This document shows positions 55,187 through 63,729 of a stretch of DNA of 64,000 nt, one piece after another (position 1 is the stretch's first letter; each line of letters begins with the position of its first letter). The notes beneath the pieces are model-generated. The model had not been told where the DNA came from and did not search any database. It saw only the letters and a list, made by a program, of their open reading frames with translations. Position numbers and translations under genes: made by a program. Source of the stretch: an uncultured bacterium (lineage in GTDB: Bacteria > Patescibacteriota > Saccharimonadia > Saccharimonadales > Saccharimonadaceae); the NCBI GenBank assembly GCA_966186595.1, contig CBIFWO010000003.1, positions 306 through 64,305 of the forward strand, in the 5' to 3' direction.

Positions 55187-56278
55187 TTGAACAAGCCGCA
55201 GCTCATAAATGGGATAACCAGCTTCCAGACTCCCTTTATCCTAGGAGCAATTGAGGGTAGGCTGAAAAAAACTGCGGAAAGCGAGGAGACACGAGGAGTA
55301 AAACCCTTCTTTGACAAAGTGCGTCCTGATGCATCGGATGTCGAATTTATGACCCATAATGATGAGGTTATCAAATTCCGTGATGAATTAACTGATTTTG
55401 TTGCCGAAGAAGTGAAGTTTCTCGCTCCAAAAGAGTACCATGAATATTTGGCTCAAAGGCGTGAGGAATTTAGGAAAAAGCTAGAGAACGACAAACAGGA
55501 TTTTCGAAAGTATGTAGCTGGGCGTGAGCAGGGTGTTAGCCTGAAGCAAAACCGCGCGCCCATGAGTGCCCTGGAATTTCATGGATTTACCGTGCAGCGG
55601 ACTGACGGGAAGCATGTCGACCTTCTCGATGGTAACACTCCTGGAAATGTTCATGCTAACCTGTTTATACAGCGGGAAATTGCCGGAACCTTTGTTCACT
55701 GGACCTCGAAAGAATATCTAAAGAAGAGGGTGGCCGGAAACAAGCCTCCACTGACTCGTCGCATTTACCTTAACCCGCGCACGCAGGACGCCGTGCGGGT
55801 TTTCCGTGAAGTGGTAGATGCTGCATCGGCTGCCAACCTTAGTGTAAAGGGAAAAATTCTGGATCGCTCGTCGGAAGCAAATGTGATGAAGGCATATAAC
55901 GATCAGGATGCTGCTAACCGAGATGTGAGGGGTGATGCTATTGTCCTCTACGCTGGTGAAGATGAGGCGAACGAATTGCTTGCAATCGCTGAACAAGTTC
56001 TTAATCAGAATCCGGCTGCTTTTAAGAATCGTGATGTCTCGTCGGTTCCTTTGAAACTGGCTGGTGGTTTAGCGATTGGTGATGAACCTGGCGAAAAAGG
56101 GGCCTCGTTGACCAGTCACCGCGCAGGGGTGCTTGAAGAAGTCGCAAGCGAAGTGCGGAACAATGATCCGGGGACAAAAGAGGCAAGGGTCAAGGTATTT
56201 AAAGCTTTATGGAAAACCGCTGCTTCCCAAAAAAATATCAATCCGGATAACATGGCCTTTAATGCACGCCGAAAATAA
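55187..56278 (+). CDS. hypothetical protein (363 aa)
   Basis: Long ORF at backbone GC with a TTG start. An out-of-frame ATG at 55150 opens a 34-codon ORF, so the start is uncertain. No family recognised. Confidence 0.55.
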   Translation: MNKPQLINGITSFQTPFILGAIEGRLKKTAESEETRGVKPFFDKVRPDASDVEFMTHNDEVIKFRDELTDFVAEEVKFLAPKEYHEYLAQRREEFRKKLENDKQDFRKYVAGREQGVSLKQNRAPMSALEFHGFTVQRTDGKHVDLLDGNTPGNVHANLFIQREIAGTFVHWTSKEYLKKRVAGNKPPLTRRIYLNPRTQDAVRVFREVVDAASAANLSVKGKILDRSSEANVMKAYNDQDAANRDVRGDAIVLYAGEDEANELLAIAEQVLNQNPAAFKNRDVSSVPLKLAGGLAIGDEPGEKGASLTSHRAGVLEEVASEVRNNDPGTKEARVKVFKALWKTAASQKNINPDNMAFNARRK

Positions 56279-56298
56279 CTAGCGTATAATGTCAGGAG

Positions 56299-57207
56299 AT
56301 GATTACTCTCCTGACTGGTGAAAATAGCTTTGAAATTAGCCGCGAAGTTGAGCGGCTAATTGATGATTTTAACGGCACGGCAGAAAAAGTGGATGGTTCA
56401 GAGCTGGAATTGAAGCAGCTGCCTGATTTGCTGATGGGCGGGACGCTGTTTGCCGATAAACGCCTCGTGATTATCAAGGGATTATCAGAAAATAAGTCGC
56501 TGTGGGATGCATTTATCGATTGGTTGCCACGTGTTTCGGATGATGTGCATTTGGTGCTTATTGATGAGAAACCCGACAAGCGCACCAAAACGTATAAAGA
56601 GCTGCAGAAGATCGCTGAAGTGCATGATTTTAAGGGTTGGGGTGAGCGCGACACGGCCGCAGCCGAGAAATGGGTGGGTGAAGAAGCGGGTCGCCTCGAT
56701 ATAGACTTTGATAAAAAAAGCATTCATCTATTGGTGGAAAGAGTTGGCGTGGACCAGTGGCCACTCTTTCACGCACTTGAAAAGTTGGCGGTGTTGGATA
56801 TGGTGAACCCGACGGTGATCGAAGAAGTGATTGAGGCAAATCCGGCAGAAAATGTATTCAATCTTTTTGATGCGGCGCTAAAAGGTAATGCAGCCAGAGT
56901 GGGGCAGATGATCGAAACGCTGCAGTTGACCGAAGATCCGTATCGTTTATTTGGTCTAATGAGTACGCAGGCATTTCAGCTTTTGGCACTCGGAATTGGC
57001 GAGAAAACGCCGACCGAAGTCGCGAAAGATTTAGGGGCGCATCCGTTTGCGTTATCGAAATTATCACCCCATGCTAAGCGGCTGGGCGTGGCGGGAACAA
57101 AAAAAGTGTTCGCCGCGATGGTTGAGGCTGATGCAGCTATGAAAACTTCGGCAGCCGATCCATGGCTGCTCATCGAACGCGCGCTTATCAAGGTTGCGAC
57201 AATATAA
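56299..57207 (+). CDS. holA: DNA polymerase III delta subunit
   Basis: 302 aa. The size and helical C-terminal domain fit HolA. Lies upstream of rpsT, which is a common neighbourhood. Confidence 0.7.
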   Translation: MITLLTGENSFEISREVERLIDDFNGTAEKVDGSELELKQLPDLLMGGTLFADKRLVIIKGLSENKSLWDAFIDWLPRVSDDVHLVLIDEKPDKRTKTYKELQKIAEVHDFKGWGERDTAAAEKWVGEEAGRLDIDFDKKSIHLLVERVGVDQWPLFHALEKLAVLDMVNPTVIEEVIEANPAENVFNLFDAALKGNAARVGQMIETLQLTEDPYRLFGLMSTQAFQLLALGIGEKTPTEVAKDLGAHPFALSKLSPHAKRLGVAGTKKVFAAMVEADAAMKTSAADPWLLIERALIKVATI

Positions 57208-57250
57208 AAATACACCGGTAATCCCGGTGTATTTTGTTTGGAGCGAGTTA

Positions 57251-57640
57251 TTATTTTTCAGTTTTTTTGGCTGCTGGCTTCTTTGCAGCAGGCTTTTTCG
57301 CTGGGGCTTTCTTGGCTGCTGGTTTTGCAGATGCAGCTTTAGCGGCTGGCTTTGCGGCGGCTTTTGGTGCGGCCTTCTTTGCTGCAGGGGTGAGCTTGAC
57401 ACCGGCGTCCTTTGCAACCTTGGCGAGCTGGCTTTTGCGGCGGGCAACGGTATTTTTCTTCAAAAGCTTTTTCTTTACTGCAGTGTCAAGTTCGCTGTGG
57501 GCCTTTGAAAGACCTTCGCTGGTTGGCTTGACGAGGAATGCTTTTACTGCACCCTTGATGTCACGCTTGATACCGACGTTACGCTCGCGGCGCTTTACAG
57601 TCTGCTTCATGCGTTTAATGGCTGATTTGATGATTGGCAT
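57251..57640 (-). CDS. rpsT: 30S ribosomal protein S20 with Ala/Lys/Pro-rich C-terminal extension
   Basis: MPIIKSAIKRMKQTVKRRERN N-terminus. About 45 extra residues of (K/A/P) repeats. Confidence 0.93.
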   Translation of the reverse strand: MPIIKSAIKRMKQTVKRRERNVGIKRDIKGAVKAFLVKPTSEGLSKAHSELDTAVKKKLLKKNTVARRKSQLAKVAKDAGVKLTPAAKKAAPKAAAKPAAKAASAKPAAKKAPAKKPAAKKPAAKKTEK

Positions 57641-57763
57641 GGAGTTTATTACCTCTTAAATTAATAGATACAATCAAGGAGTGATTATAGGGGAAAAGTA
57701 GGGAAATGTAAAGGGGTGACGATTCCAAAACGCACCAAGTGAATTGATGGGCTTTGGAACAGC

Positions 57764-57790
57764 CGGGAGGAGTGGGATCCACTCCTCCCG
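57764..57790. terminator. perfect palindromic hairpin
   Basis: cgggaggagtgg gat ccactcctcccg, 14 nt downstream of stop 57804 (minus-strand gene). Confidence 0.6.
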
Positions 57791-57803
57791 CCGTCCACGT
57801 TGG

Positions 57804-58508
57804 TCAGCGGCGCTTGGTGAAGGTGATGGCGGTGTTGCCTTCGCCCTCGAATCGCCAGGCGAAGAAGGCCGGTCGGGGGTCGAGCACCACGAGCTTGGAG
57901 CCATCACCATCCGTCCGCATCCGTCCGCCGCCTCGGTAGCAGTAGACCTCGTAGGGACTCATCCCCGCGCGGTACACCACCTTACAGACGTCGTCCGGAC
58001 CGAGGTTGATGAAGAACTTGTACTCGTGTTTGCCCGGGACCTCAACCTCGACTTCGGTCACCACCTCGGGCGTGCCGCGCTTGGTCAGGACGATGCCATC
58101 GAGGGTGTTACCCTCGCCGACGTACGCCTGGACGCTGAAGATGCCCATCTTGGACTGGGTCACGAGCAGTGCGATGACTTCGCCCTTCTCAGGATCCCAC
58201 ATCGCGAACGCCGCCTTCTGGAAGGGCAGGTACTGGGTTCTGGACTTGAGCGTGGACATGTCGATGTCCACGTGCTCAAGCGGCTCGTCGCCCAGATGCC
58301 AGATGCCGCCGTCCTTCATGTGGAGGACGCGCTCGACACCATCCCGGATGTCCTCCAGGCAGTATCGGCCCTCCTCCCAGGAGAACACGGCCAGCTCGCG
58401 GAAGTTCTCGTTGTTCTTGGTTCTCAGGAGCACGAGCTTCTGCTTTTCGTCGACAGCGACAATGATGTTGCCACTCGCCGAGTCCTTCCAGGTGCGCATT
58501 CGCACCAC
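57804..58508 (-). CDS. GC-rich hypothetical protein (234 aa, beta-rich)
   Basis: GTG start 6 nt after GGAGGTG. Consensus promoter upstream and hairpin downstream. The antisense 268-aa ORF is a shadow. Confidence 0.65.
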   Translation of the reverse strand: MVRMRTWKDSASGNIIVAVDEKQKLVLLRTKNNENFRELAVFSWEEGRYCLEDIRDGVERVLHMKDGGIWHLGDEPLEHVDIDMSTLKSRTQYLPFQKAAFAMWDPEKGEVIALLVTQSKMGIFSVQAYVGEGNTLDGIVLTKRGTPEVVTEVEVEVPGKHEYKFFINLGPDDVCKVVYRAGMSPYEVYCYRGGGRMRTDGDGSKLVVLDPRPAFFAWRFEGEGNTAITFTKRR

Positions 58509-58541
58509 CTCCAGGTCAACTTTTCCAACAGGACAGAGGTA

Positions 58542-58570
58542 ATTATATAAGAAAAATATATAAAAGTCAA
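58542..58570 (-). promoter_or_regulatory. consensus sigma70 promoter (TTGACT-N17-TATAAT)
   Basis: Minus strand: TTGACT at 58570..58565 and TATAAT at 58547..58542. Confidence 0.7.
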
Positions 58571-58658
58571 TGATCCCTGAAGTTATTGACGCCGTAAAAC
58601 TACTTATGCTATAGTTACCTCAAACTCTGTAAAAAATAAAAATAGGACAGTTCTTCGT

Positions 58659-60581
58659 ATGAACGATAGCGGCGCCAAGCAACAAATCGTCGAAAAGATC
58701 AAAGACAGCAGCAATATCTTGGTGACGGTGAGTACTAATCCATCCGTGGATGAGTTGAGTGCAGCGCTGGGCATGACACTGGTTCTCAATAAGATGAACA
58801 AGCACGCGACGGCAGTGTTCAGTGGGGCGATTCCTCCGGCCATTTCGTTTCTCGATCCGGAAAAAACATTTGAGGGAACGGTGGACTCGCTGCGTGACTT
58901 TATTATCGCCTTGAACAAGGAAAAGGCCGATCACCTCCGTTACAAAGTTGATGGCGAAGTGGTCAAGATCTTTATCACGCCATACCGTACCACGATCACG
59001 AGCGATGATTTGGAATTCAGCCAGGGTGACTATAATGTTGAACTAGTGCTTGCACTTGGGGTCAAGAACAAAGATCATTTGGATGCTGCGCTTGAGGCGC
59101 ACGGGCGAATTTTACATGATGCGACGGTGGCGACAGTCGGTGTTGGGGAAGAGAAATCTGAGTTGGGCAGTATTGACTGGTCAGAGCAAAACGCCAGCAG
59201 CCTGAGTGAAATGCTGGTTGGACTGGTCGATTCGTTAAAGAGCGACAAGAAACTCCTTGATGAGCAAATCGCGACGGCCTTTTTGACGGGTATTGTGGCG
59301 GCAACTGATCGTTTCTCGAATAATCGTACGTCGTCGCGGGTGATGACAATCGCTGCGCAGCTGATGGGAGCGGGTGCCAATCAACAGCTGATCGCTTCGC
59401 AGTTAGAAGACGCGCATGAAATCGGTGGCGATAGACCAACCAGTTCAGGTGATAGTCAAAATTCTGATGGGACGACGACACTTTCCGAGGGTGAGTCGAC
59501 CAAGGTGAAGAAACAGCCCGAGGCGAAAGCTAAAGAGGCTGAAAAGAAGGACGATGGGTCGCTGACGATTTCTCATGAGAAGACAGGGGATATTGATCAA
59601 GTTGCTGAGGCCACCGAAACAGAGAACCAGCAGGCCGCGACCAAGCTAGCCGAGGATGAGCTTAACAAACGCGCCGAAGAGGTGAGCGAAGCGAAGCAAA
59701 CTGACGCAGCCAAGGCGGCTGAACAGAAACTAGCCGAGGAACTTGCCGGGGTTGCACCAGCGGCTAGTGGTGCATCGCCATCGGTTGCTGACCTTCAAAA
59801 GGATCTGGCTGCGGCAAATGCTGAGGTTGACGAGGCGGCAACTCAGGCGCCATCCGAGGCGGCCGGCTCACCGCTATCTGGAGCTGTCTCGACCGATCAA
59901 TGGCAGAATGGTGAAACCGAAGGGCCGAGTATGGGCGGTACGCTTAATGCGACAACCGAACAGGCTGCCGAGGACAACCGGCGGGCCATCGAAGAAGATC
60001 GCAATCGCAAGATTCTGACTCATGGTGGAAGTCATTATGTTGGTGACGCAGCGCCAGATTTTCAATCACCACTTAATGCGGCAATGCAACCAAAAGAGGA
60101 GCAATCTATCGTCAATCCACTTGATGCTGCTCCTGCACCGACTGACACGCAACCAACCATGCAAGCAAAGTCGATTGAACCTCCGGCACCTGCGCCAGTC
60201 GTTCCTTCTGGCCCTACATTGGCAGAGATTGATAAGGAAAATCGCGGCCACGAGGAAGCTCGCGCCGCGGTGGAAGCCGCCTTCGGTGCTGTGCCGTTTG
60301 AGCCAGCAGGCAATCCCGAGGTTGGGATAGGTGCGCAGCCTCTTGGGGTCGCGCTGCATGATGAGCCGGCTCCTGTTGCTGCGCCAGAACCGGCGACACC
60401 ATCACTGCCACCGATGCCTGATTTTTCAACATTGCCACCACTTCCACAGGCCCCGGGCTTTGAGGGTCCCGCCGGTGCATTGCCCCCAGAAAAACTAGAG
60501 GATGTTCTTACCCCGGCACCTCCGGCACCAGCGCCACAGACGCCCGATCCTGCTCAGTTCAAGATTCCTGGGCAGCCCTAG
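58659..60581 (+). CDS. hypothetical protein: degenerate DHH-like N-terminal domain plus long acidic/Pro-Ala-rich tail
   Basis: 640 aa. The N-terminal ~250 aa follow the NrnA/DHH layout (ILVTVSTNPSVDELSAALGM) but lack the H..PDGD ligands. The C-terminal ~380 aa are low complexity. Confidence 0.65.
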   Translation: MNDSGAKQQIVEKIKDSSNILVTVSTNPSVDELSAALGMTLVLNKMNKHATAVFSGAIPPAISFLDPEKTFEGTVDSLRDFIIALNKEKADHLRYKVDGEVVKIFITPYRTTITSDDLEFSQGDYNVELVLALGVKNKDHLDAALEAHGRILHDATVATVGVGEEKSELGSIDWSEQNASSLSEMLVGLVDSLKSDKKLLDEQIATAFLTGIVAATDRFSNNRTSSRVMTIAAQLMGAGANQQLIASQLEDAHEIGGDRPTSSGDSQNSDGTTTLSEGESTKVKKQPEAKAKEAEKKDDGSLTISHEKTGDIDQVAEATETENQQAATKLAEDELNKRAEEVSEAKQTDAAKAAEQKLAEELAGVAPAASGASPSVADLQKDLAAANAEVDEAATQAPSEAAGSPLSGAVSTDQWQNGETEGPSMGGTLNATTEQAAEDNRRAIEEDRNRKILTHGGSHYVGDAAPDFQSPLNAAMQPKEEQSIVNPLDAAPAPTDTQPTMQAKSIEPPAPAPVVPSGPTLAEIDKENRGHEEARAAVEAAFGAVPFEPAGNPEVGIGAQPLGVALHDEPAPVAAPEPATPSLPPMPDFSTLPPLPQAPGFEGPAGALPPEKLEDVLTPAPPAPAPQTPDPAQFKIPGQP

Positions 60582-60582
60582 T

Positions 60583-61269
60583 TTATGATCTTACAATGAA
60601 GTAATTGAGTCCAAGATTATCTCCTTGGGTCCGGACATTATATTCGTAATCACTTTTTTGCGATTGGTGCGCCTGCATGACTGTGAGGATGTCCTCTCGC
60701 AGGTTGCGCGCATCGACAATTTCGCCAACTTCGTCGGGTGATCGACCAGCTTCCATAAAGATCCAATCTGTATTCTCGGTGGGAAAGAGCTTATCTGGCA
60801 GACATGCAAGACGAATCCGATTAATACGGTGGTCGGTTTGTTTTAGAGCATAAAACGCATAGCAGACGGCTCTCGCAGCAACAATGTGGTCAACATGACC
60901 AGTATAGCCATTCAGATCAAGCGTCATAAACTCAAAGGTCACATCTTCGGGCTCATCGTGAAGCAGGGAAGTGGCATGGGCAATTAGCTGGTTGCCGATC
61001 TCGATCATATCGGTGTTATTTAACTTGCCATCACCGTAGGAGAAAAATTTCATGCTTTTTGCTCCAAGGAGTTCACCGGCTGCATGCCACTCCTTTAGCC
61101 GAACAGCACCCAAGTCGGGAACATTATCCGGGTTCATGCCAGCTTCACCGGCTGTCAGGGTGACAAGATGTAGTTCTGTGCCGGCGATGGCCTCTTTGAG
61201 GAGGGTGCCAGCGGGGCCAAACGCTTCGTCGTCGGGATGGGCAAACACGCCAAGGATAATTTTTTTCAT
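60583..61269 (-). CDS. PIG-L/LmbE-family deacetylase
   Basis: 228 aa with the AHPDDE motif near the N-terminus and a later H.DH. Confidence 0.8.
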   Translation of the reverse strand: MKKIILGVFAHPDDEAFGPAGTLLKEAIAGTELHLVTLTAGEAGMNPDNVPDLGAVRLKEWHAAGELLGAKSMKFFSYGDGKLNNTDMIEIGNQLIAHATSLLHDEPEDVTFEFMTLDLNGYTGHVDHIVAARAVCYAFYALKQTDHRINRIRLACLPDKLFPTENTDWIFMEAGRSPDEVGEIVDARNLREDILTVMQAHQSQKSDYEYNVRTQGDNLGLNYFIVRS

Positions 61270-61364
61270 AGTTCTAGTATAAGGTATTGAACTTATTGTC
61301 TTTATATGGAATAATTACCGTCAGTCCATCCCAGTCCGGGATGGCGACGAGAGGGAGAGGTCCG

Positions 61365-61676
61365 ATGATCAGGAGCCAGAACTCGCAGAACGCCACGTTC
61401 GAGCGAGAGAACTGCCTGCTGCGCACCTCCATCACGGCTCAGATCATGATGGAAGTGGCAAGATTGATCGGTGCCGCTAACCGGAGCGAAGCGGCCCACA
61501 AGGTCGAGGGATTGCTCTGGCGCTGCGAGCTCCAGCGTGAACCCGACCTGAAGGTGGTGGTTCGCGTGTCCGAGGAGTCACTCCTCGACACGGTGCGCGC
61601 CGCGTTGCGGGCGCCGGGCTTCACGGTGATCACGAAGCGGGGCGACCAGGGAGACTACCTGGACGTGCGTTTCTGA
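61365..61676 (+). CDS. GC-rich hypothetical protein (103 aa)
   Basis: ATG 61365 follows GGGAGAGG. The track ORF starts at TTG 61287, and ATG 61341 is also possible. No family recognised. Confidence 0.5.
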   Translation: MIRSQNSQNATFERENCLLRTSITAQIMMEVARLIGAANRSEAAHKVEGLLWRCELQREPDLKVVVRVSEESLLDTVRAALRAPGFTVITKRGDQGDYLDVRF

Positions 61677-61957
61677 GATCACTTATTTGGTAATCAGCTC
61701 AAGCTCAACCTTTTGTAGCTCAACGTTCATTTTTCATGTGGTGTATCTTTGCGAGAACGCAGAAAAACCATTGCAAAAATATGTCATTTTGATGAATGAA
61801 CGGAGTAGCGGAAGGGTGCAAACTTTGCCCTCTCGTCAATCCGTTCCATAGATGTGTATCTGTGCTGACGAGTCCGAAAGGACGAAAACGGTATCGACAG
61901 ATTTGTAATATCATGATATAGATATATGGTGATTCACTACTTCTAGGAGGTGTTCTC

Positions 61958-62644
61958 GTGTTCGACGGACGGACTTGGAGAAACGACCACAGCAAGAGAG
62001 TGCGGTTCTACGGCCTCTTCGAGGAGATGCCGGGAGGATTTCGGTACTTCATGCTCACGATGGGCGCGGCGGCGGTTTGCTTTCTGTTGCCGAGGCTCCT
62101 GATGAAGGTCGGCGTCCTGCCGGAAGTGCAATTTGGCTTGGGCGTTTGGCTGGTTGTACTGCTGACGACGCTCTTGATGGGCGCGTCGCTCCATCTCTGG
62201 CATGCCCATGGGTGGCGCACGCTGGAGAGTGGTGGGTTGGTTGATTTCGGCTCCTTCGCCTTCGGCCAGCTGCAAGATGCCTTGAGCGAACGCGGCTTCA
62301 CGATCTCCCAGATGAACGATCGGCTCGACTACAGCGTTGGTCCGCAGCACATCACCGCCTTCCTGGCGTACACCAAGCGAGCATCGCGGCGGATCGAGAC
62401 GAAGCTCCTGACCCCTGTGCTGCAGGTGCAGCTCGAAGGCAGGGTGCGGGACATCGCGGCTGGCTACGCCGATCTGATCAAGTTCTGCTTCGATCAGCGT
62501 GAACTCGCCAAGCAGGCGCGTGATCGCTGGGAGGGCGACGAGGCGAGAAAGATCGAAGTGGCGATGCGGGACCGGGTGAAGCGTTTCTACCTCGACCAGG
62601 ATGCCATTGACTGGCTTTCAACCCACGCTGCCGTCTCGATCTGA
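61958..62644 (+). CDS. GC-rich hypothetical membrane protein (2 TM plus soluble C-terminal domain)
   Basis: 228 aa. GTG start 6 nt after TAGGAGGTG. Followed by a hairpin at 62660..62689. Confidence 0.6.
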   Translation: MFDGRTWRNDHSKRVRFYGLFEEMPGGFRYFMLTMGAAAVCFLLPRLLMKVGVLPEVQFGLGVWLVVLLTTLLMGASLHLWHAHGWRTLESGGLVDFGSFAFGQLQDALSERGFTISQMNDRLDYSVGPQHITAFLAYTKRASRRIETKLLTPVLQVQLEGRVRDIAAGYADLIKFCFDQRELAKQARDRWEGDEARKIEVAMRDRVKRFYLDQDAIDWLSTHAAVSI

Positions 62645-62659
62645 GAAGCGGTGAGTCAC

Positions 62660-62689
62660 CAGGGTGCCGACGCAGTTGTCGGTACCCTG
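62660..62689 (+). terminator. hairpin after GC-rich gene
   Basis: 12-bp stem (cagggtgccgac / gtcggtaccctg) with one G-U pair and a 6-nt loop. Confidence 0.55.
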
Positions 62690-62706
62690 TGATTCACTCA
62701 CGTATA

Positions 62707-63372
62707 ATGACAATGATGGATGATATTATTTTTATCGACAAACCAGCTGGCATGACCAGTTTTGGTGTGGTGGCGCGGCTTCGGCGAGTTTTATCGAAAG
62801 AGGCAGGCAAAAAGGTAAAAGTTGGTCATACGGGTACGCTTGATCCTTTCGCGACGGGCTTAATGATTATTGTCACGGGCAAGGAATGTAAGAATGCCGG
62901 GTTTTATACTAAATTGGATAAGATTTACGAGGCAACTATTCGGCTGGGGCAGACAAGCAGCACAGGTGATCCGGAGGGTGCATTGACTGATGTTTCGGCC
63001 ATAGAGCCTTCGCGGGAAATGGTCGAAAAGGTACTGGCGGGGTTTGTTGGTGAGATTTCCCAGACGCCGCCAATCTTTAGTGCGATTAAAATCGGCGGGA
63101 AGCGGGCGTATGATTTGGCGCGGGAAGGCAAAGAGGTTGAGATTCCGTCCCGTCAGGTGACGATTTATAGTCTGGAGCTTCTTGATTATTCGTATCCAGA
63201 GGTGAAAATCCGCACGCACGTCAGTAGCGGCACGTACATTCGTAGTTTGGCGGCGGATATTGGCGAGGCACTGGGAACGGGGGCCTATTGCAGCCAACTT
63301 CGTCGGACGCGGATTGCGGATTGGAAGGTTGACGATGCGAAAAAACTCGCTGATTTCGGGATTACGAGCTAA
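62707..63372 (+). CDS. truB: tRNA pseudouridine(55) synthase TruB (short form)
   Basis: FIDKPAGMTSF and the catalytic GHTGTLDPFATG motif. The start is ambiguous (ATG 62707, 62713 or 62716). The track GTG at 62689 lies inside the upstream hairpin. Confidence 0.9.
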   Translation: MTMMDDIIFIDKPAGMTSFGVVARLRRVLSKEAGKKVKVGHTGTLDPFATGLMIIVTGKECKNAGFYTKLDKIYEATIRLGQTSSTGDPEGALTDVSAIEPSREMVEKVLAGFVGEISQTPPIFSAIKIGGKRAYDLAREGKEVEIPSRQVTIYSLELLDYSYPEVKIRTHVSSGTYIRSLAADIGEALGTGAYCSQLRRTRIADWKVDDAKKLADFGITS

Positions 63373-63414
63373 CCTCTTGAAACCAGTGGATAACTCTGTT
63401 ACAATACATTCCTG

Positions 63415-63681
63415 ATGATTACAGCAGATAACAAAGCCAAAGCTCTTGCTTTGACACAGACTCACAAGAAGGATGTCGGCAGCCCTCAGGCGCAGGTGTC
63501 AGTCTTGACGGCTCGTATCAAAGAAGTCACTGCCCACCTCAAGGGTAACAAGCATGATTTCATGGCTCGTCGCGGATTGGTCCAGATGGTTTCACGCCGC
63601 CGCAAGCTTCTGAAATACCTTGAAGCCAAAGACTTCGAAGGATACAAGGCGATCGTCGCCAAGCTAGGACTCCGCAAATAG
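63415..63681 (+). CDS. rpsO: 30S ribosomal protein S15
   Basis: 88 aa. GSPQAQVSVLTARI...HLKGNKHDFMARRGL. Confidence 0.95.
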   Translation: MITADNKAKALALTQTHKKDVGSPQAQVSVLTARIKEVTAHLKGNKHDFMARRGLVQMVSRRRKLLKYLEAKDFEGYKAIVAKLGLRK

Positions 63682-63696
63682 TGCGGAGTTCTTTTT
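63670..63696 (+). terminator. rho-independent terminator after rpsO
   Basis: Stem ctccgca / tgcggag overlapping the stop codon, followed by ttcttttt. Confidence 0.7.
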
Positions 63697-63729
63697 AGTA
63701 GAATACTTTATCTGTAATAGGGATACGAA

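Noticed and set aside
57744-58550. 268-aa plus-strand ORF antisense to 57804..58508
   Set aside because: It is a shadow ORF of a GC-rich gene. The promoter, SD and terminator are all oriented for the minus-strand gene.
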